DNA from: Fonticula alba ATCC 38817
Lineage: Eukaryota > Protista > Nucleariida
DNA length: 64,000 nucleotides
Direction: 5' to 3' (one strand)
NCBI GenBank assembly: GCA_000388065.2
Contig: KB932202.1
Shown here piece by piece: positions 47,510 through 58,237 of this stretch (positions are counted from its first letter, which is position 1; each line of letters starts with the position of its first letter). A model generated the notes under the pieces. It saw nothing but the letters and a program-made list of their open reading frames with translations. It was not told the origin of the DNA and ran no database searches. The translations under genes and the position numbers were made by a program.

Positions 47510-48987
47510 CTACAGCAGATGGTCAAAAGCGAGGCCGGGTAGGTCCCATCGGGCCCGGGCGCGGGAATGTGCATGGTATAGGGAGCTGGGCGCATTGGCA
47601 GGGCCGGAGGGATCCACATCAGTGTGGCTGTGTAAGAGTGGGGCAAAGAGAAGGAGGAAGGAGGCCCTGATGGGCCCCCTTGCCACATCGGCGGTGGCGT
47701 GGGTTCTCGTGGCGGATGAATCGGGCGCACCACTGGATCCGGGTCGCCAGAAGTCCAGGCAGTTTCGGAATATCCCCCTATCGAAGGGCAGCACGCCATC
47801 TGGCACGGCCTTCATGTATGGCACGCGCTCTGGGGGGGGGGGGAGGGGGACATGCGACGGGAGGAGAAGCACCACCACGCCATGGGGCCGATCGTCAGTA
47901 GGAGGGTGGAAAAGGAAAGAAGGAGAGCAGGCAGAGGGGGCCCAGGAACAGGTGGCAAGCACGCACGCGACGCATGCTCCCAGGTTGTCTGCGCCGTGGC
48001 GGCCAGGAAGAGATGGAAGAAAAATAGCCCAGACACCAGGACCCCGAAGACCAAGACCAGTCCGAATAGGGCCAGGGTCAGGTAGTTGGAAAGGACCCAG
48101 GCCATGGCGTAACTGGGCCCGGCCAGGTCCTCCACACGGAAGAGGCGTCGCAAGACCAGCCGGCCGAACGACCCGGGCGGCTGGAGCATCGCCGCCAAGA
48201 AGGGCAACAACTGCAGGAGCATGGTCCCTAGCAGAGCGCAGAAGATCAAGAAACTCGGGTGATTGGCCTGGCCCACGCAGTTGCCGATGAAGGAGCAGTG
48301 GTGATCGAAGCGCCGGACGCAGCGCCGGCAAGACCGGCAGTGCCGGGCGCGCAGGGGCATCGGCGACTGGCAGGGCTCACAAAAAGAGACATCCAGGGCC
48401 GGAGCCAAGCCCGAGACCACATGGGCCGGGAGCAGGGGCGATGCCCCGGCTGGGGAGGCCCGGTGCCGGGCCATCCGATTGGCCCGGAGCCAGACCTTCA
48501 GTCGGACCGGCAGCAGGCGCCGGACCCGGCGGGCGAGCCATTGGCCAGCCGCAACCAGCGGCCGCGCGAATACCCAGCCCGATCGAGCCACGGATGGGGG
48601 CCCGTCCGGGGCCCTGGAGGGGGGGGCTTTGGCCAGGAGCACCTCCGGACCGGGGGCCGTGAATCCCGGATCGGAGTGAAGCAGCACGAAGTAGTGCCCC
48701 GCGCAGAGGCCCATGTGCAAATGCAGGTACATCGTGTAGGTGGAGCCTCGGTCGAAGAAGGAGGACCCGCAGTAAAAGGCATACAGGAGCCCGAGGAGGT
48801 GGGCCGCCACGTAGAAAGTGGCCGCGGCGGCCGGATTATGCACCAGCTTCTCGCCAGTGATCTCCAGCTCCTCCGTGGCCAGGGGATCCTCCCTGGCTGG
48901 CGGTGAGCCCGGCCGGCGGGCATAAAACTGCCTCAGGGTATCCTGGTATTGGGAGTGGATTTGCCGCTCGGCATCGGGAGAGATCAT
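47510..48987 (-). CDS. DHHC palmitoyltransferase; intron 47966-47830
   Basis: [46 protein letters not shown] motif, and [13 protein letters not shown] (PaCCT-like). Confidence 0.95.
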
Positions 48988-50804
48988 GTCCGGGTGCGGC
49001 CCCGAAGAAAGCCTGCGGGGGGTGTGGTGGGGGCCCTTTTTCCGTCTTCCGTTGCTGTTGTTGCTTTGCTGTTGTTGCTGTTGTTGCTGTTCAGAAGAGG
49101 GATAGGAGGGATGCGCTGCACGTCCGGTTGCGATGGCTCATGTTGGCGCCCGTCCTGAGGGCCGAGAAGCGAGCAGGGTAGACGGAGGGACAGAGAGATA
49201 AGGGGGAGTGGGGGCGACGGATGGCAGATGCGCGGGCGGTGGTGACGGGACGGGAGGGTGCGGGCTTGAATGGGTGAGCTCCCTTGCGTCCGGGCGAGGT
49301 GCCTTTCGGAGCGGCGCCCCCTCGGGGTTGGTCGCCCCTCCCCCCAAGGCCCAGGGAAGCCCCACGACTTCACGATGCCCATGGGAGGCGACTACTCTCT
49401 GGGGGGGGGGGGGGGGGGGGGGGATCGACGGGCCTCCTTGTGGCTCGGGGGGATTCCCCTGCGGGATCTTCACGCAGATCTCGCTCACGGCGGGAGACCG
49501 GCCGGGAGGCCGGGGGACGGCGGCCGGCAGGGCCCCGTCCTTGGGCTGGCAGCTGGCCGGGCTGGGCGATCGATTCCGTTGGAATGTGTGCATTTCCGGG
49601 GCGCCGCGAAAAGAATGCAGAAATTACGTGTGGGCGGGCGCAAATACGGATGTCAAATGGCGTTACATGCTCCTAAAGGAGCATCGCGTCTTGAGGGTTG
49701 TTCACGAGGGTTTCTCTCAGGGGCGGCTGGGGAGCCTTGTCCTGCCCCGCGCCCAGTGTGTCCGTGCCCTCCCCACTCCTTTTGTCCACCTCCCGGGACA
49801 TCGACCGGGTGGCAGAGGCCCGAGGCAAGTCAACCACCGTGTGAGCGGCCCCTCCGTCTTTGGTCCCCGTCGTGCGTGGCAGCTGGGGATGGTGGGGGCG
49901 GGGGGGGGGAGGGGGGGGGGGGGGGGGGATGTGTCATCAGCCAGTCCAGCCCTCGGACCGGTGGCATGGGTGGGGAGCTCTCCGTGCCGGCGCACGCGCT
50001 GCCCACCCCGTGCCTGTTAGAGGCGCGCCCCGTTGCCCCCTTGTCGGCCGTTGCGTCGCGTGGGTGTGGTGGGGCCTTCCGCCGGCCGCCGGCTCGCGGC
50101 CCTCTTCCCGGTCCCCCCCCCCGGTGGCGTTTTCCCCAAATGCGCAAGTGGGAATGAATCTCGCTGTGGGGAGGCACACGTGTGGGGTGTGTGGGTGTGC
50201 CCGCGGCGGGCGTCCCGCGTTTCGAGCGCCGCCAGCTGCCTGGGGATGCCCGGCGCAAGGGTGCCCTCTGTATTGGTCACCGGCCGGGGGGGGGGGGGGG
50301 GGGAGCGGGAAAAATGGTTGGCTTTTCATGTGCGTCTGGGCCTGGTGTGGATCTCCAACCATGCGGACTTTGCCACCCTGGGCTGGGACGAGCACGAGAG
50401 GGGCGCAGGGACACACGGGCCGAGGGGATGTGCGAATTTTTCGGCGGCCAGTCGCCTTGTCAGCCTCCCCCGCTGGCCCTGCATCCCCCCCCTCGAGAGA
50501 TTTGTTGCCACCCCCACAAACACTCTCCCCCCCCTTCTTTGTACCTCTCCCCCCTGTCCTTTCTTTGTTGACCCGCTCGCCCTTGCCCCCCCCCCCCCCC
50601 CCGTGCCTTCTTCTGTCTCCCTTGCCACATGACTCCTTTGCTGCCGCTGCTGCTCTTTTTGCGCCTCCCCCTGCTATGCATCTTTCCCTTCCCGCCCCAT
50701 CTGTCACTTGCGGTGGTCCTGCCCCTCCCTTTCTGCATGACTGATGGCCATCCTCCTTTATCTTTTCCCCCGTTCCGCCCTCCCCCGTCCTTGTTTCGAA
50801 GACC

Positions 50805-52956
50805 ATGAGCTCCGAGGACCTTGCTTCTATCCAGGCTGTGGCCGACGCCCCCGTTGTCCAGGACATCGCCTCCGATTCGGAGGAGGCCATTGTCGAGACT
50901 GTTTCCGAGACCACCGAGGTCGCCGAGGAGGTTGCCGAGGAGGCCGCCGAGGAGGTTGCCGAGGAGNNNNNNNNNNCGCCGAGGAGGTTGCCGAGGAGGC
51001 CGCCGAGGAGGTTGCCGAGGAGACCGCCGAGGAGGTTGCCGAGGAGACCGCCGAGGAGGTTGCCGAGGAGACCACCGAGGAGACCACCGAGGAGACCACC
51101 GAGGAGACCACCGAGGAGGCCACCGAGGAGATCACCGAGGAGACCACCGAGGAGGCCGCTGAGGAGGTCGCTGAGGAGGCCGCTGAGGAGGTCGCTGAGA
51201 CTACCGAGGAGACTACCGAGGAGACTACCGAGGAGACTGCCGAGGAGACTACTCAGGAGACCACTGAGGAAGCCGCCGAGGTCGCCGAGGAGGTCGCCGA
51301 GGAGGTCGCCGAGGAGGCCACCGAGGAGGTCGCCGAGACCGCTGAGACCACCGAAGAGGTCGTCGAGGAGACCATTATGGTCATCGAGGAGACCGTTGTG
51401 GTCGTTGAGGAGACCGTTGTTGTCGTCGAGGAGACCTCCGAGGAGGTGGCCGACGTCGCCGAGGAGGTCGTCGAGGTTGTTGCCGACGCCGTTGACACCA
51501 CCGAGGAGGTTGTCGAGCTCGATGCCCCTACCATTAGTGCGACCATTGTGGACACCGTCGTCGAGACGGAGGCCGTCGTCGAGATCGCCACTGTCGAGGA
51601 CGAGGAGGAGGAGATCATCATCTCCTCGACCGGCGCGCCGGAGGACGACGCCGACATGAATGTCGATGACGCCATGGCCAAGGCCATGGTGGATGCCATC
51701 ATCCGCGCCGCCGTCATGGCCAAGGCCGAGGGCGCCCCGGCCGGCTCTTCCGTGGTCCTGTGCGCCAACCCCTCCTTCTGTCACGCATGCGCATGCATCA
51801 TCATCCGCGCCTTCCCCTTGCTTGCTTCTTTCTCCCGGCCTCCCCCTCTCCCCCTATCTCTTTCTCTTTCCCTGGCGCGCGCGCCCCCCCCCCCACTAAT
51901 GGTCTCCTTTTCCTTCCCTCCCTCTCCCCCCCCCAGTGATGAGGATGACGCTGGCAACACCATCGTTGTGACCATGCCCGCTGGTGCCGGTGCCGGTGCC
52001 GGTGCCGGTGCCGCTGCCCCGACTGCGCAGTTCACCGTCGTCGAGGCGGAGGATGCCGAGGACGAGTCCGAGGAGGAGGTCCAGGAGATTGTCCGCCCGG
52101 CCTATGGCCGCGCGCCGATCAAGTCCCTCCTGCGCGCGCATGATGACTCCGAGACCGAGGAGTCCGACGACGATGATGATGATGACGATGAGGACTTCGG
52201 CTCTGATGATGATGATGATCTGGATGAGAGCGACGAGCATCTTGCCCTGGAGTTCGCCGAGATCGATCTTGATCGTGACATCGCCCGCGAGACCTTTGTC
52301 GATCGTGTGGTCGCCCTGCGGGACATCGTGCCGCTGAACGTTCGCCGCCAGATCGGCGACGTCATCAGCCCGGTCACCGGGGCCGTGTCGTCGATCACCT
52401 CTTGGGCTGGCTCGGCCGCCTGGTTCGCCGGCACCTTCGCCGCCGTGGTCTTCATCCCCTTCGTTCTGTCGATGGACCGCGAGAACCAGCTGAACATGGC
52501 CCGCGAGCAGGAGGAGCGCATGCAGATGGAGCAGCGTGTACGTCCTCATGCGGGCGCTCTCCCCTCCCTGCCTTTTTGCAAAACCCGTCCATCATGCTGC
52601 CCTCGCATCTCTCGTCGCCCCCTTGGCCCTGCCTCCTTCGCTCGACTGACGTCTGTTTTGCCCTACTGTCTTTCTCCTTTTCTCTTTTTCTCCTTTTTCT
52701 CCTTTTTCTCTTTTTCTCCTTTTTCTCTTTTTCCCTTTTTCCCTTTTTTCTCTTTTTCTCTTTTTCTCTCTTCCTCCTTTTCTCTTTTTCTCCCTTCCGC
52801 CTTTTCTCTTTTTCTCCCTTCCGCCTTTTTCTCTCCTTCTCTCTCCCCCCCTCTCCCCCTCTCTCCCTCCACACATAGTCCCTCATCAACACCAGCGTCA
52901 ACCCCTCGGTGGCCACCAACGTCTTCGGCTCCCCGACCCTGCCCGTCTCCAAGTAG
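50805..52956 (+). CDS. TOM22: Mitochondrial import receptor Tom22 with a very long acidic repeat N-terminal extension; exons 50805-51759, 51937-52537, 52879-52956
   Basis: ETFVDRVVALRDIVPLNVRRQI..GSAAWFAGTFAAVVFIPFVLSMDRENQL resembles yeast ETLLDRIVALKDIVPPGKRQTI..GNLAWTLTTTALLLGVPLSLSILAEQQL. It is contiguous in frame with the upstream Glu-rich ORF, and both introns have compatible phases. Confidence 0.85.
50910..51370 (+). repeat. Coding 12-nt-period tandem repeat (EEVA/EETA/EETT), with a 10-N gap at 50967-50976
   Basis: Recurring nCC-GAG-GAG-nnn units. Confidence 0.93.
52676..52870 (+). repeat. Near-pure polypyrimidine tract in TOM22 intron 2
   Basis: About 190 nt of T/C with very few purines. 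Confidence 0.9.
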
Positions 52957-54071
52957 ACGGTTGTTGGTTGATGTGTAGGAATGATGAAGCCCCCTCGTCT
53001 CTCGCCTTTCCTCTCCGATGCTCTCATCACCTTGACCTATGTTCCCCCTCCCTCCCCTCCCCCTCGTCTCTTTTCGTGCGCGTGTGTCGGGGCCGGCACT
53101 TTGTCCTTGTTTTCTTGCCCCCCCTCCGCGCCCGGGGTCGGGAACGAAGGAAGAGGGAAATATGGATAAAGGGCACGTGCGAGAGGGAGGCAGGGCCCAA
53201 GAGAAAGAGAGCAGGGGAAGGGAGCTCAGGCAAGCGCTCTGGTGCGAGGGGAATGCGTGCGCGCCCCCCTCCCCCTCCCAGCCCCTGTGTCCCTCTCTCT
53301 TTCCCTCCCCCTCCCCACGCTATCTCTCCCCTGCACATGTGGTGGTGCCTTTCTGCCCGTCCTCTCTCCCCCTTCCCCTCCCTCCTCCCTCCTATGCCGC
53401 AGTGTCAGAGATAGGCAACCCCCGTTTTAGATCTCACCCTCCCCCCTTCCCCTTCCTGATAATACAAAAACACTTTCCACAGCCTCCCCCCCTCTCGTCT
53501 GGGCGAGCACGCGGCCCTCTTTCTTTCTCTTTCCCCCCCCCCCCCCCTCTCTCTCTCTAGATGAAGGTGTACATTCTCCCGACACTTCTTGTGTGTGGAG
53601 GGATGTGCGGAGGGAGGCGCCGCCACACGCGCAACGCCTCACCCTCTCCATCTGCCCCCCTCCCCGCGAGCTGATCTCCCCCCTCCCGGCCCGCGTACGG
53701 GGTGTGTGTGTGTGGGAGAAAAAAGAAGAAGAGAGGAGGCAGCACATCACACGGTGGAATCTTGGGAACATATTCATGTTGGACAGAGTGTTGGCATGCG
53801 CACAGGCGGGATATTATCCCCTACTCCCCCCCTCCCACTTCCCGAGAGAGGCGAGGCGGGGGAGCGGCACAGCAGGGGGGCCGGTGGGCGAAGTAGCGCG
53901 AGGAGGAATGCTACACATGCGCGGAGCGAGGGGGATGATGGGGGCGAGGGAAGGGGTCAAGCCGCCGCATGTGGGCCTCACACACGATAAGTTGGCCATC
54001 CACACGCGATCGGAGCGAGATATGTGCGCGCGCGCGCGCGCGAGCGCGGGCACGGCCGCGCAGGCAGGCTG

Positions 54072-54240
54072 CTAGTGCTCATCAAAAGAGCGGTGGTTTG
54101 TGGACTGCTGCTGCTTCAGGCGGCGCTGCTGCCGTGCCCACTCGGAGAACTCACGGAGCTGCTCCTGTTGGTTCATCTCGTCCTGGTGGAAGAGAGTCGG
54201 TGTGGAGTCTGACCGAAGGTCTATACGTGTTGGCACGCGC

Positions 54241-54279
<39 letters not shown>

Positions 54280-54711
54280 CATGTGGTTAGACAGGTGCGC
54301 GTCACACATCCGCGGCAATGCCAAGGGGTGCCGGGGATTCCCCCCCCCCCCGACGTAGGGGAGAGCACCATAAAGAGGGTGAAAAAGCAAGGGAAGAGGG
54401 AGAGGCGGGCCCAAGGTCAGTATGCACATGTTGGTGAGCCTGGCGCGAGTGGATCTCACAGGTACACTTCCAGGAAGGACAGCATACGTGTTTTTCAGAG
54501 ACGCAGAAAGGAGGGAAAGCGGGGGGGGGGGGGGGGGCTGGAGGAAATGCATATGTTTGGGAAGGGGCCCCAGAGGGGGAGAGGGAGCCTCCGGACACAA
54601 AGGGGCAGCTCTCCCTTTCCCCCTTTCTTCAATTGTTATGGTGATTTTTCGGCCCCTCCCCCCTCTCAGCCTGCCCTCCCGCCTTGTTCTTCACATTCTC
54701 CCTCCCTCCCT

Positions 54712-54757
<46 letters not shown>

Positions 54758-55389
54758 GTCTCGCTGTCTCGCTGTCTCGCTGTCTCGCTCGATCTCCCTC
54801 TCACGGCCACACGGGCGCGCGTGCGCGGTCCCCCCTCTTTCACCGGCGCTGGTCAGGTGCAGGCCCGGGTCCGAAGCCGTGAGGCGATGGCAGCCGGGTA
54901 TGCCGCACTTGACCCCCGCCGATGCGATTGCTGGGTGCCTTGTCCACTCGGGCTTCGGTGTGCAGGTCCATCGAGGACCCCAACATCATGGCCCGGTCGG
55001 CCGAGGTCACCATGGCCGAGGTGGTAGTCGGGGCCGCGTCGGGATCCTGAGCCCGCGGGTGGGGGCCCCAAGCTGTGGTGTCTACCGTGAGGCTTGTGGC
55101 CACACCCCGGGGCCAACTTGCTGGACCTTCCTCCCGCCGAGAGGCCTGGCCTGTGGGGAGAGAGGGCAGCAGAGAGAGCGGAAGAGCGGAAGAGCGGAAG
55201 AGCGGAAGAGCGGAAGAGCGGGAAAGCGGGAAAACGGGAAATCGGGAAATCGGGAAATCGGGAAAGTGGAAAAGTGGAAAAGCGGACAAGAGAGGAGGGC
55301 AGGTGGGAAGGAGGGCGGGAGAGGACGCATTCACACAGGAGTGAAAGGAGTCTCAGTATGATTTGGGAAGGAGAAATGTTCTGATCCAT
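54072..55389 (-). CDS. Candidate small spliced orphan gene, structure unresolved
   Basis: Exon-like segments at 55389-55335, 55150-54844 and 54220-54072 ([26 protein letters not shown]) are flanked by minus-strand pyrimidine tracts and AG/GT sites. I could not reconcile the phases without an extra exon. Confidence 0.3.
55178..55282. repeat. (GAAGAGCG)n octamer repeat grading into GGAAA-containing units
   Basis: Five or more tandem units. Confidence 0.85.
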
Positions 55390-55400
55390 CCGTCACAAGC

Positions 55401-55509
55401 ATGTGTGTGTGTACGTGCGTGTGCGTGCGTGTGTGCGTGTGTGTGCGTGTGCGTGCGTGTGTGCGTGTGTGTGCGTGTGCGTGCGTGTGTGCGTGCGTGT
55501 GTGTGTGTG
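55401..55509. repeat. Compound (TG)/(TGCG) alternating purine-pyrimidine microsatellite
   Basis: About 110 nt of TG/CG alternation. Confidence 0.9.
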
Positions 55510-56071
55510 CTCAGCCGAAGAGTGCCTTCATTTGTGTCCTTGCCTGCTTTCTCCCGCAACATACCCGAAAGCCCCCAAAATCGGGAAACACACACTTACA
55601 CACACACATGGACCTTCGCAAGCCCACCCGACCCCCCCCCCCCCCCCCCTCGTATTTGTCCCCCTTGACAGTCCCATCCTCCATGACGCCACACAGTGGG
55701 CCGGCTCGCGAGACAGACCCCTCGCGCCATGAAGGGAAGGGCCTCAGGCACTCTCGGCGCACTTCCCGGCTCCTCGCGGATTGCTGCCCCTGGCGTCACA
55801 CGGGGTAGACAGGAGTATTCAATCCCTCGCCCTGGACATCCACAGCACTTTCTCCTCCTGGGCCTCCCCCCCCCCCCCCCCGAATGCTCCCCTCAGCACA
55901 CTGAGGGGAGAGGGGGCCGGAGGGAGAAGAGGAAAGGGCTAAATGGAGAAGGCACGCGCACAGCAAGAAATGCACACACACACACACACACACACACACG
56001 CTCGCACGCTCACACACTCGCACACATGGACGCATGCACGCTTGCGCACATTGGGGAAGGAGAGAAGGAGC

Positions 56072-56290
56072 TCACGCACCACGAGACTGTTGCTGAGGAG
56101 TAATCCTCCCACCCGCGGTGGTGGTGGACGGCGACTTGCGGTGCGCCTGGGCACGGCGGCGATGGCGGTCATGGTCGCGAGCCTGGTCATCGACCGGCGG
56201 CAGCCCGGCATACCCACGGGCTGATGTCGACGTTGGCATGGTTTGCAAGATGGCATCGGCCTCGGCGTCGGGGCTCCAGCGCCAGGCACC

Positions 56291-56350
<60 letters not shown>

Positions 56351-58198
56351 CGTGGTGGGACTGTTGCCGGGGTTCGGAGGGGCGGACATGCGGCGACTGC
56401 CAGCCGAGCCGGAGCCCGGCTGGGCGTCCATCTGGTTGGCGCGGCCTGGCGCCGCCTGGGCCGAGGCCGCGGGGGCGGTGTCATGGCCATGGATGTCGGC
56501 CTGCTGCGGGCAGCACTGCTCCTCTTCGTCCGCCCCCCCGTCCGAGTGCTGGGGCCGGGATGGGGCTGCTCCACCATGGTGGCCGAAGGTGGTGGCCACA
56601 TTCTCACACTGAGCCAGCGGATCCAGGTCCAAGCCGCGGCCGCTGTCTCCGGACAGGGAGGAGCTCTGGCTGTCAATGCCAGGGTGCTCGGCAGCATGGG
56701 GGCTTGTGTCCAGCTCGTCCTCCATCGGGGGCTGGGCAAAGCGCTGGGTTGCCGGATTGCCCGCGCCCGAGGCTTCGGCGGCGGCGGCGAGGGCGGCCGC
56801 GGCCGTCGGCGACACCGGCCCCGAGGGGATCAGCTGTTCTTGCTCCTGCTCCTGCTGCGAAGGGACGAGCGACCGCGGCTGCTGGCCAAAGGGAATCGAC
56901 TCACCCGGCGGCCGGAGATGCCCTCCTGCCGGGGGCAATGATGCAGGCATGGCCGAGGGGCGGGGCCCCGGGGCAAAGCGCCCGCCCGGGCTACCCCGCT
57001 GCGCTTCCAGCTGTTGCTGCAGGCGCCCGCGATGGGCCGCATCGCCGGCGCTGAAGGCCGCCCGGCACTCCTCATGCTGGATGGCCATCTCGTCGTCGGT
57101 TCGCCGATGGCATACATGCGAGAAGTGCTGCTCGCCGCCGGGGGGGACCATCCCCGGTTCCGCTGCAGGTGCGGCCACCATTGGTGCTGACGTCGCACCG
57201 GCGGCCGGGGAATCCCCACGAGAAGCGGGGGCGGCGGCTGCCGCCGGGGGGCCGCCACTGCTGCTCTGCACCGAGGACGGCAAGCTTGCCCTTTGCAAAT
57301 AATCCTCCGAGTCTGGCAGGCCAAAGAGACGCTCCGTGCTGCTGGTCGGCCCGCGGCCATCCGGCGACCGGCTCACGTCCGAGAGGACCTGATTGCGGAT
57401 GCAATTGGTCGGAAGGGAGCAGTTGTGCATATTCCGACCCGGGCCCGGGCTCTTCTTCGATGACAGGGGTGGCAGCGGGGCCGCCAGCCGGGAGGCCAGA
57501 CGCGACCCGCCGCTGCCGCCAGTGCCGAAGGCGCTGCCAGTCTGCCGCTGGCACTCGACCAAGACCAACGCATCGTCATCACCATCAGCACCGGCCGTGA
57601 CGACCGAGGCATGGATTGCCACACGCTGGGGGGCTGCTGTCATGTCGGGGGCCGGGCGCCGGCCAGAACCGCCCGGTTGGCTGAGGGAGGTTTGGTGCTC
57701 CCGCTGCGAGTGGTGATGATGATGGTGGTGGTGGTGGCGGTGGCGGTGGGGGTCCGGCTGCTGCTGGCCGTCGCCGCCGTGGGGACGGCCCCGGTGGCGG
57801 GCGTCCGCCTCGTCGGCCGAGTGGCCCCGGGTGGCGATGGTGTGGGAGGCTGTCGACCCGGCGGGCGGGGACGACAGCCTGCCAGCAGCAGCGCCGCCCG
57901 GCCCGATCTTGATGACATGCTGGTGGACCGGGCATTCGATCAGGTCATTCAGTTGGTCGGAGGCCGAGCTCCCGGGGCCCATGCCATCCGGCGCCGTGCC
58001 GCTGTAGCAGAAGGGCGAGGAGTTCTTTCGGAAGGGCTTCAGCGACTGGGGCTGATTCGACATCTGGTGAGTCTCCGAGCAGGGGGACAGCGATCTCGAG
58101 GTGGCGAGCTGCTGCACCGGCGGTGGCTGGGCATCTCCCCCCCTGCGGCGGGAGGTGGGGCTGTCCGCCATCACGGCGAGACCGTACCGGCTGCTGGG

Positions 58199-58237
<39 letters not shown>

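Noticed and set aside
49667-49684. Hairpin ATGCTCC-TAAA-GGAGCAT in the DHHC/TOM22 intergenic region
   Set aside because: A 7-bp stem is expected by chance in 64 kb, and there are no snoRNA boxes or other supporting structure.
50910-51370. Repeat array considered as CRISPR or a non-coding satellite
   Set aside because: There are no unique spacers; the 12-nt period and wobble-position variation show it is coding.
29126-52956. Possible mitochondrial or redox gene cluster (HSC20, GLO1, TOM22)
   Set aside because: The genes are dispersed among unrelated ones, with no evidence of functional clustering.
54189-54912. THAP-like zinc-finger reading on the minus strand (CGIPGC ... AFP ... CEIH ... [10 protein letters not shown])
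   Set aside because: There is no ATG in the CGIPGC frame, the invariant Trp is misplaced, His is not followed by Phe, and joining the pieces needs a poor donor and a poly-C exon start. Most likely chance.
55178-55220. CGGAAGAGCG matches the core of Illumina adapters
   Set aside because: It is a tandem octamer that grades into related units, with no AGAT prefix or adapter continuation. It fits an intronic pyrimidine repeat on the minus strand.
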